DNA of 64,000 nucleotides from NCBI GenBank assembly GCA_000165345.1, contig CM000434.1, positions 384,001 to 448,000 of the forward strand, read 5' to 3'. Shown piece by piece: positions 63,444 to 64,000 of this stretch (position 1 is its first letter; each line of letters starts with the position of its first letter). The notes under the pieces were generated by a model. It saw only the letters and a program-made list of their open reading frames with translations, ran no database searches and was not told where the DNA came from. The position numbers and the translations under genes were made by a program.

Positions 63444-63644
63444 ATTATTAATTCTAAAATTCCATTTAGGTATTTGGTTATTCGGATGTTATATTAATTA
63501 ATACAAATAATAAACGAATTAAGAACTTATATATTTTAATTATCTTTACTTATTACTTAACATATTTATCCACTATACATTAGTTCGTCCTCCCATTCAT
63601 AATGCGCTAAGACATTTTATTATCGAAATTTTAGTTAAATAAAA

Positions 63645-64000
63645 ATGAAAAATAAAATAAAAGCTTTAGCGACGTCTAATTCCTCAATAGAAAACAATAA
63701 TAAAGTATTCAAACAATGCAGATTAATCGGGACAGTGCTTTTCGGGACTTTAGCAGGAATTTTGGGGTTTAAGGGATTTTCAGGTAAGTCATCTTATGAT
63801 TATTAATATTCCTATTAAACTTCTGTTTTAGGCATTATGTTCTATATTTACTCCTTAATAACTACTTTAATCATCATAGTACTGAAGATAAGAATTAATA
63901 AGTGCAATCACTATTTTGACACGTTTAATGAAGTATTAGGAATTGGTGATTACTTTCTAGTAAGTTCTCAGAAAATAAATATAAATAAATGACTAATTTT
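63645..64000 (+). CDS. EMC6: EMC6 (ER membrane protein complex subunit 6)-like, partial at window end; exon 1 63645-63783, intron 63784-63831 (48 nt), exon 2 63832-63959, then a further GTAAGT intron running off the window
   Basis: Spliced ...QCRLIGTVLFGTLAGILGFKGFS|GIMFYIYSLITTLIIIVLKIRINKCNHYF resembles human EMC6 ([51 protein letters not shown]). Canonical GTAAGT...TTTTAG junctions. Confidence 0.55.

Noticed and set aside
1-64000. Prokaryotic-type features (operons, CRISPR arrays, IS elements), tRNA and rRNA genes
   Set aside because: Gene structures are eukaryotic (introns, signal peptides, kinesins, TRRAP). No direct-repeat/spacer arrays. No GC-rich cloverleaf-sized segments with GTTCGA-type T-loop boxes in any spacer.

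Overview
This window is a compact, AT-rich (~30% GC) eukaryotic nuclear region with about 32 protein-coding genes on both strands and short intergenic spacers (15-470 bp). The gene content points to an apicomplexan, most plausibly a Cryptosporidium-like genome. The evidence is a signal-peptide protein with thrombospondin type-1 repeats (1413-4793), a chagasin/cryptostatin-family protease inhibitor, giant proteins carrying Q/N/S-rich low-complexity insertions, and E2F-like GGCGC promoter motifs. I saw no prokaryotic features (operons, CRISPR) and no tRNA or rRNA genes.

The main gene calls are:
- SR-beta, spliced (244-1077, -).
- A Tra1/TRRAP pseudokinase in a single 16.6 kb exon (14797-31425, -).
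- Vps34 (32876-35707, -) and Rab-GGTase beta (31804-32796, -).
- RNA-processing factors CBP20, ARS2/SRRT, CPSF30, a U2AF65-like protein, a DEAD-box helicase, MAK16 and NAA40.
- Cell-cycle and replication proteins Mcm10, ORC3-like, CDC123, APC10 and BCCIP.
- Two kinesins flanking the chagasin-family inhibitor gene.
- SRP19, CNNM, an OBG-family GTPase and EMC6 (partial, at the right edge).

The most useful hunting result is that the six-frame ORF track fragments or truncates several genes. SR-beta, MAK16, APC10 (6 exons), a small Lys-rich protein and EMC6 all contain canonical GT-AG introns. Nine of these introns fall in a 41-48 nt length class and the MAK16 intron is 61 nt. Splicing them restores full-length homologs.

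Several ORF-track starts are TTG/GTG codons. I moved these to the first in-frame ATG where conservation supported it.
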